Under the pieces are notes generated by a model. It was given only the letters and a program-made list of their open reading frames with translations, ran no database searches and was not told where the DNA came from. A stretch of DNA of 21,359 bases from an archaeon. Its GTDB lineage: Archaea > EX4484-52 > WAPT01. The number at the start of each line of letters is the position of its first letter. Positions within the stretch are counted from its first letter, which is position 1. Location of the stretch: the NCBI GenBank assembly GCA_029258795.1, contig JAPDKB010000020.1, positions 1 to 21,359 of the forward strand, in the 5' to 3' direction. The translations under genes and the position numbers were made by a program. This document shows, piece after piece, positions 8,172 to 17,137 of this stretch.

Positions 8172-9455
8172 ATGTTGGAGATTCATGAAAGACTCCTTCG
8201 ACAGAAGAGAGAAGTTGAAAACATACTCGCTGAAAGGTTCGTAGAGAGGGATCTGCTCCGGAAAATGAAAAGATGGCTGAACTCAGATATTATAAAAATT
8301 GTGTCTGGAGTCAGACGCTCCGGAAAGTCGTTCCTTGCCATTCATTCTGTCAAGAACGTTCCTTTCGCATACGTGAACTTCGATGATGAGATGTTATGCG
8401 AAGCAAAGTTTGATGAGATTCTGAAACATCTCCGTGCAATTCACGGAGATTTCAAACTCTTGATTCTTGATGAAATTCAGAATGTGGATAGATGGGAACT
8501 TGTGGTAAACAGGTTGAAAAGGGAAGGGTACAACCTCGTGATCACAGGCTCAAACGCCAACCTGCTCAGTAAGGAACTCGCAACACACCTAACCGGCAGA
8601 TATGTTGAATTCACACTCTACCCCTTCAGCTTTCTGGAATACCTGAGAGCAAGGAACGTGAAACTGAATGTTGAGGTTGCCGAAGATGTGGGTGATCTTC
8701 TTCATCATCTGGAAGATTACATGAAGAGTGGCGGGTTCCCGGAAGTTGTAATTAAAAATTATGATCCACAGGAGTACCTGAACACCCTGCTGAAGGCGAT
8801 ACTGCTAAAAGATATTGTAAACAGATACAGACCAAAGTATCCATCGCATATTTCAAATTTAGCATATTACCTCCTCTCGAACATAAGTCACAGAGTATCG
8901 TTTTCCCGGCTCAAAAACATTCTTAATGTTGGAAGCGTCCACACAGTGGAGAAATACTGCAATTATCTACAGGAAGCTTTTATTTTCTTTTTCCTGAGAC
9001 CGTTCTCCTATAAAATAAGTGAACAATTAAAATCTCCCCGCAAAGTTTATTGTGTAGATACAGGATTTATTCGCTCCTCTGGTTTTCGCTTCTCTGAGAA
9101 TTTCGGAAAATTCATGGAAAACATAGTTTTTCTGGAACTTGTAAAAAAATTCAGATGCAACCTCGAGCTGTTTTATTATCATGACGTTGCTCGACAATAT
9201 GAAATTGATTTTCTCGTAAAGAGCGATCTGAGAGTTAGGCAGCTCATACAGGTCACGCGTGCATCAGCTTTCGATGAAATAAATCACAGAGAAATAAGAG
9301 CTTTGCTGCACGCTTATGATGTCCTAAAAGAACACAAGCCGGAGCTGCTTGTCATAACGTGGGACTATGAGGACACAAGAGAAATCAGGTGGTTTGGGAG
9401 GAGTGGGAAAATAAGGTTTGTGCCTTTGTGGAAGTGGTTGCTGGGGATCGGTTAG
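8172..9455 (+). CDS. AAA_14 + DUF4143 ATP-binding protein, copy 5 (most divergent)
   Basis: GVRRSGKS, ILDEIQ, TGSNANLL, LTGR, GGFPE, YCVDTG, MENIVF and EIDF..LIQVT. I moved the start from GTG 8154, which lies inside the promoter palindrome, to ATG 8172 to match the TATA spacing of the other copies. Confidence 0.9.
   Translation: MLEIHERLLRQKREVENILAERFVERDLLRKMKRWLNSDIIKIVSGVRRSGKSFLAIHSVKNVPFAYVNFDDEMLCEAKFDEILKHLRAIHGDFKLLILDEIQNVDRWELVVNRLKREGYNLVITGSNANLLSKELATHLTGRYVEFTLYPFSFLEYLRARNVKLNVEVAEDVGDLLHHLEDYMKSGGFPEVVIKNYDPQEYLNTLLKAILLKDIVNRYRPKYPSHISNLAYYLLSNISHRVSFSRLKNILNVGSVHTVEKYCNYLQEAFIFFFLRPFSYKISEQLKSPRKVYCVDTGFIRSSGFRFSENFGKFMENIVFLELVKKFRCNLELFYYHDVARQYEIDFLVKSDLRVRQLIQVTRASAFDEINHREIRALLHAYDVLKEHKPELLVITWDYEDTREIRWFGRSGKIRFVPLWKWLLGIG
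9240..9443 (+). repeat. Conserved 3' block, type B mosaic (copy 5)
   Basis: Shares 53 nt with copy 3, GAGGACACAAGAGAAATCAGGTGGTTTGGGAG with copy 1, and the 33-nt end with copies 1, 2 and 4. Confidence 0.93.
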
Positions 9456-9457
9456 CA

Positions 9458-11833
9458 TCAGCTCTCACTGAGCTTTGACCTCATTTTCTCGAACATCTTC
9501 GCGAGCTTCTTTATCTCCGTCTTGCTCACCTTACCCTTTCCGTAAAATTCCAGCAGCTTTTTCGCAACATCCTTCAACTCTATCATCCAGTAAATGGAAC
9601 CCTTACCAAGCTCTTCCTTAACCTCCTCCCAGCTCTTGCCCTGCAAAACCTTGGTGATTATGAGCATTTTGTGCACCTCATCAAGCTCCGGCTTTCTGTC
9701 AGCAAGAAACGCTGCTCTGCACACCTCAAACATGCAATCTCGCACACTCTCAAACGTTAAAATGCTGTAAGCATAGCACGCCAGCCTTTTCCACTGCACC
9801 TCCGTCAGATCAGGCCTGAATCTTCTGAAAGCCCCACCCCCACCCATCACCTCAAGAATCAGTTCAGCTGGCACCTCATCGAACGGCTCTGGCAGCGAGT
9901 TCACGAGCTTTATAAGGAATTCCTCTCTTGCCATTGCAAAAAGCTGCTTTGCCTTCTCACTTATGGGCTTGACAACGATGGTCGAGAACTCTCCCGTTGA
10001 TGGGTTTGGAGCCGGGGCCATGTGTAATGGTGTGTAGTTGTTCTTCTTCCAGAAGTTGAGTAGCTTGGCGGTAGCACCGAAACTTGCGCCAACCCAGTCG
10101 TAGCCGGCTTTGCTGGCTTCCTCTTCCAGCTTGGAGAGCATATAGCTTCCAATACCCCTGCCCATTAGCTCGGGGTGTACTGCTATCCTCACAACCCTCA
10201 ACCCCTCCATCCTGCCGAACTCGGCATTTCTGTAGTGTTTTATCATCCTGTCCGGAATCAGATGCCCGGGCGGCATATCTCCGTAGTACATGTCATAAGC
10301 TTCTTTTTCCAGCCCGCCTTCCTTCGCTATCTGCAAAGCACAGACCACCTTGCCGTTGAATGTGAGCGCTCTTATTACGTGGTGGGGTGCATCACACATC
10401 ATACCGAAATCGTTCGGATTGTTTCTGTAGTGAGCTGTGACAAAAATTCCGAAAAGCTCGCGCAGCTTTTTCTCATCTGAAAACGGCAGAGTTTCCATAT
10501 CCACCTTTTCGTACTTCAACTTCTCCCTGCTGATGCTTTCTTTTTCCTCCTCACTTAATTCCGGTGGCTCAGCATCCAGCAAAAGAACATCGAACAGCCA
10601 CCTCTCTACGGGGTCATTCTCCCCATACCTGATCGGTTGAATCATCTCGTGCTTTACATGTTTCATGGAAGCTTCGTCCAAGCTCCGCAGGAATATTATG
10701 TTAAAGCTTCTGCCAGAACCCTCATAGCCGTGAATGGTTGTTGAGTAAACAACTTTTTTGGCGTGCTTCATCGCTTCAAAAAGAATGTTGACTGGGATGG
10801 ACGCTGCCTCATCCACCACGAGCAGATCAGCTTTAACCTTCTTTATCTTGTAAGGCGGAAAATATCTGATCTTCGAGCCCGTCTTCTTTATTATTATATC
10901 CTCCATGCTCTCGTAATGTTCCATAACCCTCGCGTTTATCTTTGCCTTCCTTAATCCGGCATCCAGAAACTTGTAAAGTTCCTTCACATTCGACCTTTCG
11001 GGCGCGCTTACAACAACATTGACCTTTTCCTTTATCACCAGCGCGGCTATAAACAATCCAAGCAAGCTCGACTTACCCCTACCTCTATGAGACGTCAAAA
11101 TGAATATGTTCTCCCCGCCCTCCCTAAAAAACCTCCACAGCTTCTCAAGCCCTTCAAGCTGGTCCTGCGTTGCGCAGAGTTTCAGAATCTTCCTCTTTAT
11201 CTCGCTTTTATCCGGAATTTCAACCTCTTTTTGCTTCGATCTTCTCTTTCGAATCTTCGCCATTTTTACAGGCACACCATCCTCAATTATGGTTATTCCC
11301 TCATGCTCCATCAGCTTCTTCACGAACCACCTGTTGAAAACACGCCTTACATGCTCCTCGCTATAAGGAGGAACGAGAGCCATCCTGTGGAACCTAGTGA
11401 AAATATTCCTATACTTCTCCAATCTCGGCATGAGAAAAATCAGAATGCCTCCTCCCCTAACCACACCCACAATTTTTCCCAGATCGTTCGGAGCAATCCC
11501 TTCATTGAGGTCAAGGATCAAGCCATCATAATTTGTGCCAAGCAAAGCGTCAACCTCCTTGAACCTGAAAAAATCGTAATTTATGTTCTCCTTTTCCAGC
11601 AGTTTTTTTATCTCAACGCTCATCTCCTCCTCCAGATCCCTGCCCACCCAGAGAAAAACCATATCCTTGATCTTCTTCCTTTTTCCATTCTCAACAACTT
11701 CCTTGTAAGCCCTTATTATGTGTTCCACACCCCTTACCTTGGTTTTGAACTTGCCCGCTACAACGAACACTCTCCTCTCATTGAGATTTATTGCATTTTC
11801 CATCACTTTCTGCGCTTGCTTAACCCACTCCAT
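9458..11833 (-). CDS. tmcA: RNA cytidine N4-acetyltransferase TmcA/Nat10 (helicase-like ATPase + GNAT)
   Basis: LLGTNYDGLILD..PNDLG..VRGGG, RGRGKSS, VDEAA, STTIHGYEGSGR, PIRY..NDPVERWL, AHYRNNPND and RVVRIAVHPELMGRGIGS. Confidence 0.93.
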   Translation of the reverse strand: MEWVKQAQKVMENAINLNERRVFVVAGKFKTKVRGVEHIIRAYKEVVENGKRKKIKDMVFLWVGRDLEEEMSVEIKKLLEKENINYDFFRFKEVDALLGTNYDGLILDLNEGIAPNDLGKIVGVVRGGGILIFLMPRLEKYRNIFTRFHRMALVPPYSEEHVRRVFNRWFVKKLMEHEGITIIEDGVPVKMAKIRKRRSKQKEVEIPDKSEIKRKILKLCATQDQLEGLEKLWRFFREGGENIFILTSHRGRGKSSLLGLFIAALVIKEKVNVVVSAPERSNVKELYKFLDAGLRKAKINARVMEHYESMEDIIIKKTGSKIRYFPPYKIKKVKADLLVVDEAASIPVNILFEAMKHAKKVVYSTTIHGYEGSGRSFNIIFLRSLDEASMKHVKHEMIQPIRYGENDPVERWLFDVLLLDAEPPELSEEEKESISREKLKYEKVDMETLPFSDEKKLRELFGIFVTAHYRNNPNDFGMMCDAPHHVIRALTFNGKVVCALQIAKEGGLEKEAYDMYYGDMPPGHLIPDRMIKHYRNAEFGRMEGLRVVRIAVHPELMGRGIGSYMLSKLEEEASKAGYDWVGASFGATAKLLNFWKKNNYTPLHMAPAPNPSTGEFSTIVVKPISEKAKQLFAMAREEFLIKLVNSLPEPFDEVPAELILEVMGGGGAFRRFRPDLTEVQWKRLACYAYSILTFESVRDCMFEVCRAAFLADRKPELDEVHKMLIITKVLQGKSWEEVKEELGKGSIYWMIELKDVAKKLLEFYGKGKVSKTEIKKLAKMFEKMRSKLSES

Positions 11834-11873
11834 GAAAAATCCTTAAAACATTAAGTTTAAATGAAGTTTAGTT
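11834..11873. promoter_or_regulatory. Overlapping divergent (probably leaderless) promoters of tmcA and the ASCH gene
   Basis: 40-bp spacer with CTTAAAAC at 11842-11849 (for the + gene) and TTTAAA at 11856-11861 (for the - gene). Each is about 25-28 nt from its ATG. Confidence 0.55.
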
Positions 11874-12236
11874 ATGCCCCACAATAATGATGAAAGCACG
11901 GAAGAACCAAAAAAGAAGAAGCTGAAATTTCTGCAGGATTACAAGGGACTTATTCTTTCTGGAGCGAAAACCTCCACCATAAGGAAAGGCCACAAATCCA
12001 AGTATCAGGAAGGGGATGTGGTCGATATTGTTGCTGGAGATGAGGTGATAGGAGAAGCTGTAATAAAAGCTGTCAGGCACACAACCTTCAAGGAGCTAAC
12101 ACCAAAAGACGCAAGAAAGGATGGTTTCTCAAGCAAGTCAAAGCTGAAGAAAGCTCTCAAGGAAATCTATGGTGAGTTCAAGAGCGATGACCCGATAACC
12201 CAGATAGAGTTCGAGATGGTAAAGAGAAAAAGGTGA
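11874..12236 (+). CDS. ASCH domain protein (YqfB-like)
   Basis: LKF..Y...ILSGAKTSTIRKG matches the ASCH GxKxxTxR motif, followed by GDVV and ELTPKDARKDGF..LKKALKEIY. Confidence 0.88.
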   Translation: MPHNNDESTEEPKKKKLKFLQDYKGLILSGAKTSTIRKGHKSKYQEGDVVDIVAGDEVIGEAVIKAVRHTTFKELTPKDARKDGFSSKSKLKKALKEIYGEFKSDDPITQIEFEMVKRKR

Positions 12237-12240
12237 GCAG

Positions 12241-14343
12241 TTACACTGTTACTGTTGAGATTATAGGACCAAATATTGCCATGATAAGCGCGTAAATTAG
12301 CAGATACATGGGCAGGCCCACCAGTAACAACTTCCATATTGTGTCGTGTTCATAAACCTTATCATCTCCTGCTTCTATCCTTGCTATGAACATGCCGGAA
12401 ATGATCAGCACTTCCACCACATAAATACCCACCACCAGCTGAAGAAGTTCTGAAGGTATTGCACCACCTCCGAGTCGGGGTAGGTTGCTTTCAGGCAGAC
12501 CTTCAACACCCCCGCCGATATCCAGCGTGCTCATCTGTTGCATTATCTTTTCCAGTATGTTGAGTATGAGTTTCGCTATACCCACAACCACTCCAGAAAT
12601 AACTGGCACGAGCACGTAGGCCTGGAATTTTAAGCTCGAAACCACGGTGGAAAGCAGATCCTCTATCTTCTCCTGAGTTGTGCGTATGTTGCGCAAATAC
12701 CTGCCTATTGTTAGCATGACTACAGCAGCTGACCTCGAGCCGTGCTGGATTGCGTCGGCTATAGCTTTCATTATGGCGGAAATCATGGCTGAAGGATAGT
12801 AGCGTAAAGCTCCGAACTGCTTGTTGAAGATAGCTTCCTTGAAGGTCATGTTGAGCTGTGTCATGTTCTTTATTATAATCCTTAGAAAATCCGCTATCTT
12901 CATTTCTTTGATGTCCTGCTCCGCTTTTACAAGCGCCGTCTCGACCGGCAGCTCATCCATCAGCCGGTTACCCAAGGCAAAAAGCACTTCCTCGTACTCC
13001 TTTTCCATCTCTATTATTTCCTGTCTCAATTTTCTCTTCTGAAAACAGCTGAGGTAAAAGTAGAGAGCTGCACTCATGCCAAGCAAAACAACAAAACCCA
13101 TACTGACAAGCATTGTATGGCTAATGCTCTCAACCTTGGTTGTAAAAAAGTTGGTTAAAATCATGATTTTGAGGAGAGGTGCAGAAAGAGTGAGGAAAAG
13201 TGCTGATGCTGGCAAAATGGCTGGAATGATGATGCGTTTACCTATAATATCTATCTTGAACTTTCCTGGAGGTATATAATCAGGATGCTTGCTTATCTCA
13301 ACGGTGGTGTGTGTTGGAGGTCTTTTCATAAATATCTGGTTTAGTAGTATGAACACGAATAGAGGTAAAACTACATCATAACCAACGAAGAGTGTCTTTC
13401 CTATATTTGGCCCGATCTCCTGCATGAACACACCCACGAGAGGGAAAACTATCATACCCATAACAGGCAATAGTATGCCCAAACCGTGCAACACCATGAC
13501 AGGTGTTTCCAGCTCCCTCACATACCTCTTCATCTGCTCATCCATTTCAAGGAGAACCAAATCGATTGCTTTGTTCAGCATCATGTCTTTTCTTTCTGGA
13601 GATGGTTCGAGCATGCTCTGCCTTATGAGGTGGATTGCCTCCACCAGCTCTTTATTGTAGCGCCTCCATACCTTCAAATAGTCAAGAAGAGCATCCTCAA
13701 CCGTTGTGAACTGTCCTATTTCAACTTTCCACAGAACTTCTTTTAAGTCCTGGGCAAGCTTCCCTTCCAGATTGGAGGCAGCAAATCTTACAGCTCCTTC
13801 AAAATTAGGGTTGGTCTTCATGTATACTATCATGTAAAGCACAGCCAGCAAAAGCTCCTTTCCAGTCCTTATCCTCATCCAAGCAGCTTTGTGGAGGGGA
13901 TAGTAAATGATGAGATAAGCTATGATAATGGGTACGAGTAAAAGTCCTATCTTTATGTAAGCTGAAATGGGGAAGTAAAAAGTGGGAATAAGGAATATGA
14001 GAGAAATTATTGCCATAAGTACGCCAGTGGATATGACTTCCGTGGGCTTGACTTTCAATCCTGCAAAATTTATTGCGGCTTCCAGTTCATTCATGAAATC
14101 ATCAGAAAACTTTATATTGAGGTTGGGTGCTGATTTACAAAGTTTTTCATAATAGGTTAGCATTTTCGCTTTCAGCTCTTCCTCTTTGAAAAGCTTGTAC
14201 TCTAGTGAGATCGCTTCCTCTCCTTCCTTTTTTTTCTCTTCAGGAACTATAATATTGTATCTTTTAACTATTTCCTTCATCAACCTCTCTTTTTCCATTT
14301 TTTCTTCCAGCTTTTCCTTTTCCTTGGATGCCATCCCGCTCAC
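12241..14343 (-). CDS. Type IV pilus/T2SS-F membrane platform protein (TadB/TadC/ArlJ-like, two repeats fused)
   Basis: About 700 aa multi-pass membrane protein with two T2SSF-like cytoplasmic repeats (NPNFEGAVRFAA; ELPVETAL), 2 bp downstream of a secretion ATPase. The start may be ATG 14334. Confidence 0.8.
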   Translation of the reverse strand: MSGMASKEKEKLEEKMEKERLMKEIVKRYNIIVPEEKKKEGEEAISLEYKLFKEEELKAKMLTYYEKLCKSAPNLNIKFSDDFMNELEAAINFAGLKVKPTEVISTGVLMAIISLIFLIPTFYFPISAYIKIGLLLVPIIIAYLIIYYPLHKAAWMRIRTGKELLLAVLYMIVYMKTNPNFEGAVRFAASNLEGKLAQDLKEVLWKVEIGQFTTVEDALLDYLKVWRRYNKELVEAIHLIRQSMLEPSPERKDMMLNKAIDLVLLEMDEQMKRYVRELETPVMVLHGLGILLPVMGMIVFPLVGVFMQEIGPNIGKTLFVGYDVVLPLFVFILLNQIFMKRPPTHTTVEISKHPDYIPPGKFKIDIIGKRIIIPAILPASALFLTLSAPLLKIMILTNFFTTKVESISHTMLVSMGFVVLLGMSAALYFYLSCFQKRKLRQEIIEMEKEYEEVLFALGNRLMDELPVETALVKAEQDIKEMKIADFLRIIIKNMTQLNMTFKEAIFNKQFGALRYYPSAMISAIMKAIADAIQHGSRSAAVVMLTIGRYLRNIRTTQEKIEDLLSTVVSSLKFQAYVLVPVISGVVVGIAKLILNILEKIMQQMSTLDIGGGVEGLPESNLPRLGGGAIPSELLQLVVGIYVVEVLIISGMFIARIEAGDDKVYEHDTIWKLLLVGLPMYLLIYALIMAIFGPIISTVTV

Positions 14344-14345
14344 TT

Positions 14346-16619
14346 TCAGAGTTTTTTAACCTCACTCCTCAACCAGCTCCTCCATAAGTTAAATGCTCGC
14401 TCATTATCGAGAGTCCCGTATTCTTCTATAACACGCTCGGAGATGATGTGGAAAGCCACATTGGCCCTCACGTAAAAATCAGCTTCCATAATCGCGAGGT
14501 TTCCTGTCTGTCTCGCCACATTGACCAGTTCCTCTTTCATTTTAGCTCTTATTTCTATGTTGTTCCATACCGCCTCCCAGTCATCGCGCCATTCCTTCAC
14601 ACGTTTGGCAATTTCGTTCAATATCAAGCTCTCTCCATTTAGCAGCGTTTCGGTTGGAACAAGTTCATCCTTTTTAGCATCATAAACCATGAGCGGAACG
14701 AAAGCCCCTTCCTTGACAGGATCCTCACTCCAGTCCTTCCTGACCTCTGTAATTTCCACCACTCTCCTGAAGGTGTGCAGACCATCGGCAGACCTCAATC
14801 TGTTCGCTATGACTATGATGTCCGTCGCCTTGAAGCTTGTGGGCGGCACTTCCAGATCGTTCACCACCCTATCAAACACACCGTAAGGAGAATCTCCGTG
14901 GATTGTGCCCGCCACAACGTTGGCTAAGGCGCCTATACGCATGGCTTCATAAAGAGCTCTTGCTTCCACACTCCTAACCTCTCCTAGAATCAAGCATGAA
15001 TCACCAAGCCTTAAGGAAACGCGCAGCGCTTCATCCGTCGGAAGCTCGCTCTCCACATGCGTGATTATGGAACGGGATTTTAAGCGGGCTATGTTGTAGC
15101 CCAGCCGCCTTAGATACTCCACCGGGAGCTCAAGCGTATCTTCCACAGTCACTATTCTGTAGCGCGGTAATATTTCGGTTAAGGTAGAACCAAGCAATGA
15201 TGTTTTACCAGCACTTCTAGTCCCCGCGTAAAGGATGGTGCGAGCTCCATCTATTATGAAAGAGATAAGTCCAGCAGCCAATGGGTTAAGCATCCTGTTA
15301 TGGATGAACAGTGGCATTGTCCACGGCTTATCTCTATGCCTTCTGAACGCAAAGGCATAGCCATCTGGGCTTAAGCTTCTGGTTATGGCTGCAACTCTGA
15401 CCCTTGCATAGGGGGTTATCATCTCCGTGTCAAGCACAGGATTTGATTCATCCAGAGGTCTTCCACTCTCTATTCTGAAGCGTGTGGCCCATGCTTCGGC
15501 ATCCTCCTGCGTTGGAATTATGTTGGTTATGCACTCCTCGTAATCAGAATGGAAGAGAAAGATAGGGGTTGTGCCGATGGGAGCGTTTATGTAGAGGTCC
15601 TGCACTTTTTCATCAGCCATCAGCACTTCAAGAATTCCATAGCCAGCAGTATACCTCGCCAAAATATTTGCCAGCTTGTTTATACTCTCTGTGCTGATTT
15701 CCAGCCTCATGTGTTCGGCAAGCTCGAGCAATAGATCCTTACCTATGTTAAAAAATATTTCTCTCGCTCTCTCCGGCTCAGCAAATTCTGCTCTTGTGGG
15801 CTTGTGCGCACCAAGGTACTGGCGTGCGGCATCAAGCAGAACGTATTCATCCTCGCTCAGCGCGAGTTCAGGAGGGATTATGTGATATTGATATTCTGGC
15901 CTTGTTGTGAGTTTGAATATCTGCACCTTTATGTCCTTACCCACAGTATAGCTGTCAATCTCCTTTCCATCAGATGGTGGGAGAAGCATGAAGCGTGTGA
16001 ACATGAAATTGGGCCTTATTATGGGGTGGAATATCTCGCGATAAATGCTTCTATCCCCCACCCTATACTCATCAAGTCGGGATTTCACAAGGTTTATGAG
16101 CTGCGTGTTTTCAAGCGCGGCTTTTAGGGGGAGAAGAGCATTTTGGAGGTAGTGGTTGATCGATTGCTGTGTTCTACCTCTGGCAACCTTTGCTCGGAGA
16201 GTTTCCTTCTTAATCTCTTTGAGGAGTGTTATATAAGCACCTATCGGGTCGCGCTTCATAATGTTAAGCAGGAGGTTCTGAATAAACGCTATTCTTGCTG
16301 GAGCCTCTGGATCGTTTGGGAATGGAGTTACCGCCCTTATAGATATGAGTTTGTTTTCGGTTGTGTAGTACTTTATGGTGGACGCTATCTCCTGAAGCAT
16401 CGAGGTCTGGGGGTAATCATATTCGAAATCCCTTGTTTGGGAGAGAACAACGCTTTGCACACCCTTTATCTGCATTAGCTTGTCTATGACTCTCGACATG
16501 CACTCCTCAAAATCCTCTATGCTCGCTCCGTACATGCAACCCAGACAGTTTATTTTGAGGCGGTGGAGCTTTCTGTCATATTCGTAGCTGCAGGGCTTTG
16601 GCATTTCCATCTGGGGCAT
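14346..16619 (-). CDS. Type II/IV secretion ATPase (VirB11/CpaF/ArlI family)
   Basis: Walker A GTRSAGKT, Asp box VTVEDTLEL, Walker B ILGEVRSVEA, His box GTIHG and RRVVEITEV. It has a long N-terminal extension with four Cys, and RBS AAGGTG. Confidence 0.92.
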   Translation of the reverse strand: MPQMEMPKPCSYEYDRKLHRLKINCLGCMYGASIEDFEECMSRVIDKLMQIKGVQSVVLSQTRDFEYDYPQTSMLQEIASTIKYYTTENKLISIRAVTPFPNDPEAPARIAFIQNLLLNIMKRDPIGAYITLLKEIKKETLRAKVARGRTQQSINHYLQNALLPLKAALENTQLINLVKSRLDEYRVGDRSIYREIFHPIIRPNFMFTRFMLLPPSDGKEIDSYTVGKDIKVQIFKLTTRPEYQYHIIPPELALSEDEYVLLDAARQYLGAHKPTRAEFAEPERAREIFFNIGKDLLLELAEHMRLEISTESINKLANILARYTAGYGILEVLMADEKVQDLYINAPIGTTPIFLFHSDYEECITNIIPTQEDAEAWATRFRIESGRPLDESNPVLDTEMITPYARVRVAAITRSLSPDGYAFAFRRHRDKPWTMPLFIHNRMLNPLAAGLISFIIDGARTILYAGTRSAGKTSLLGSTLTEILPRYRIVTVEDTLELPVEYLRRLGYNIARLKSRSIITHVESELPTDEALRVSLRLGDSCLILGEVRSVEARALYEAMRIGALANVVAGTIHGDSPYGVFDRVVNDLEVPPTSFKATDIIVIANRLRSADGLHTFRRVVEITEVRKDWSEDPVKEGAFVPLMVYDAKKDELVPTETLLNGESLILNEIAKRVKEWRDDWEAVWNNIEIRAKMKEELVNVARQTGNLAIMEADFYVRANVAFHIISERVIEEYGTLDNERAFNLWRSWLRSEVKKL

Positions 16620-16717
16620 AAAGTGACACCTTTTGGTTGTGGTGGTGTGGCTAACTTATATATTAATGTTTGGTCACCACATATTAATATAGTTGCATAA
16701 AATGCGAGCTTAAAGGT
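16620..16717. promoter_or_regulatory. Divergent promoter region
   Basis: TATA-like TTATATATTAAT at 16656-16667 and ATATTAATATA at 16681-16691. The inverted repeat TGTGGTG (16638-16644) / CACCACA (16675-16681) brackets the first. Confidence 0.5.
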
Positions 16718-16723
16718 GTGGAG

Positions 16724-17137
16724 ATGAGAGGTTCTGATATCAACACGATGGTCAACGAACTGTTGAGAAGAGTAAACGATAATATGAGAAGGATAAGGTT
16801 GATTGAGGAGCGCTTGAGAAATGTAGAGGTGAGGTTGAACGCTTTCGAGCGGGATTTGATCTCTTTTGAGAAGGAGATGAACAAAAAGAGTGGGGATATT
16901 GATCATGCAATAAAGCTGATTGAGGACAAAATGATAAATATAGAGACTGACATAATAGAGTTGAGGAAGGAAATAAAGAAGCTCGCGAAAGTTAGCGATA
17001 TTGAGGAGATGAAGCGTTACATAGAGTTGATATCTCCCGTCACAACCAGATATGTGACAAAAAAGGAAGTGGAGGAGATGATAAAAGAAAAGATTGAGGA
17101 ATTGCTGGAGGAGGAGCAAGGTGGGCTTGTTAGATAA
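16724..17137 (+). CDS. Coiled-coil hypothetical protein
   Basis: Continuous heptad pattern, E/K/R-rich. ATG 16724 follows AAGGTGTGGAG; GTG 16718 is the alternative start. Confidence 0.8.
   Translation: MRGSDINTMVNELLRRVNDNMRRIRLIEERLRNVEVRLNAFERDLISFEKEMNKKSGDIDHAIKLIEDKMINIETDIIELRKEIKKLAKVSDIEEMKRYIELISPVTTRYVTKKEVEEMIKEKIEELLEEEQGGLVR

Noticed and set aside
3964-9440. CRISPR-like or attC-like reading of the 33-nt repeat
   Set aside because: The repeat is protein-coding, non-palindromic and spaced more than 1.3 kb apart. No cas or integrase gene is present.
11087-11854. 255-aa + strand ORF and other ORFs opposite tmcA
   Set aside because: They are antisense to a well-supported gene and have no recognisable motifs.
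14228-14235. T8 homopolymer as a phase-variation tract
   Set aside because: It encodes a Lys run in an intact frame, which is ordinary for this genome.
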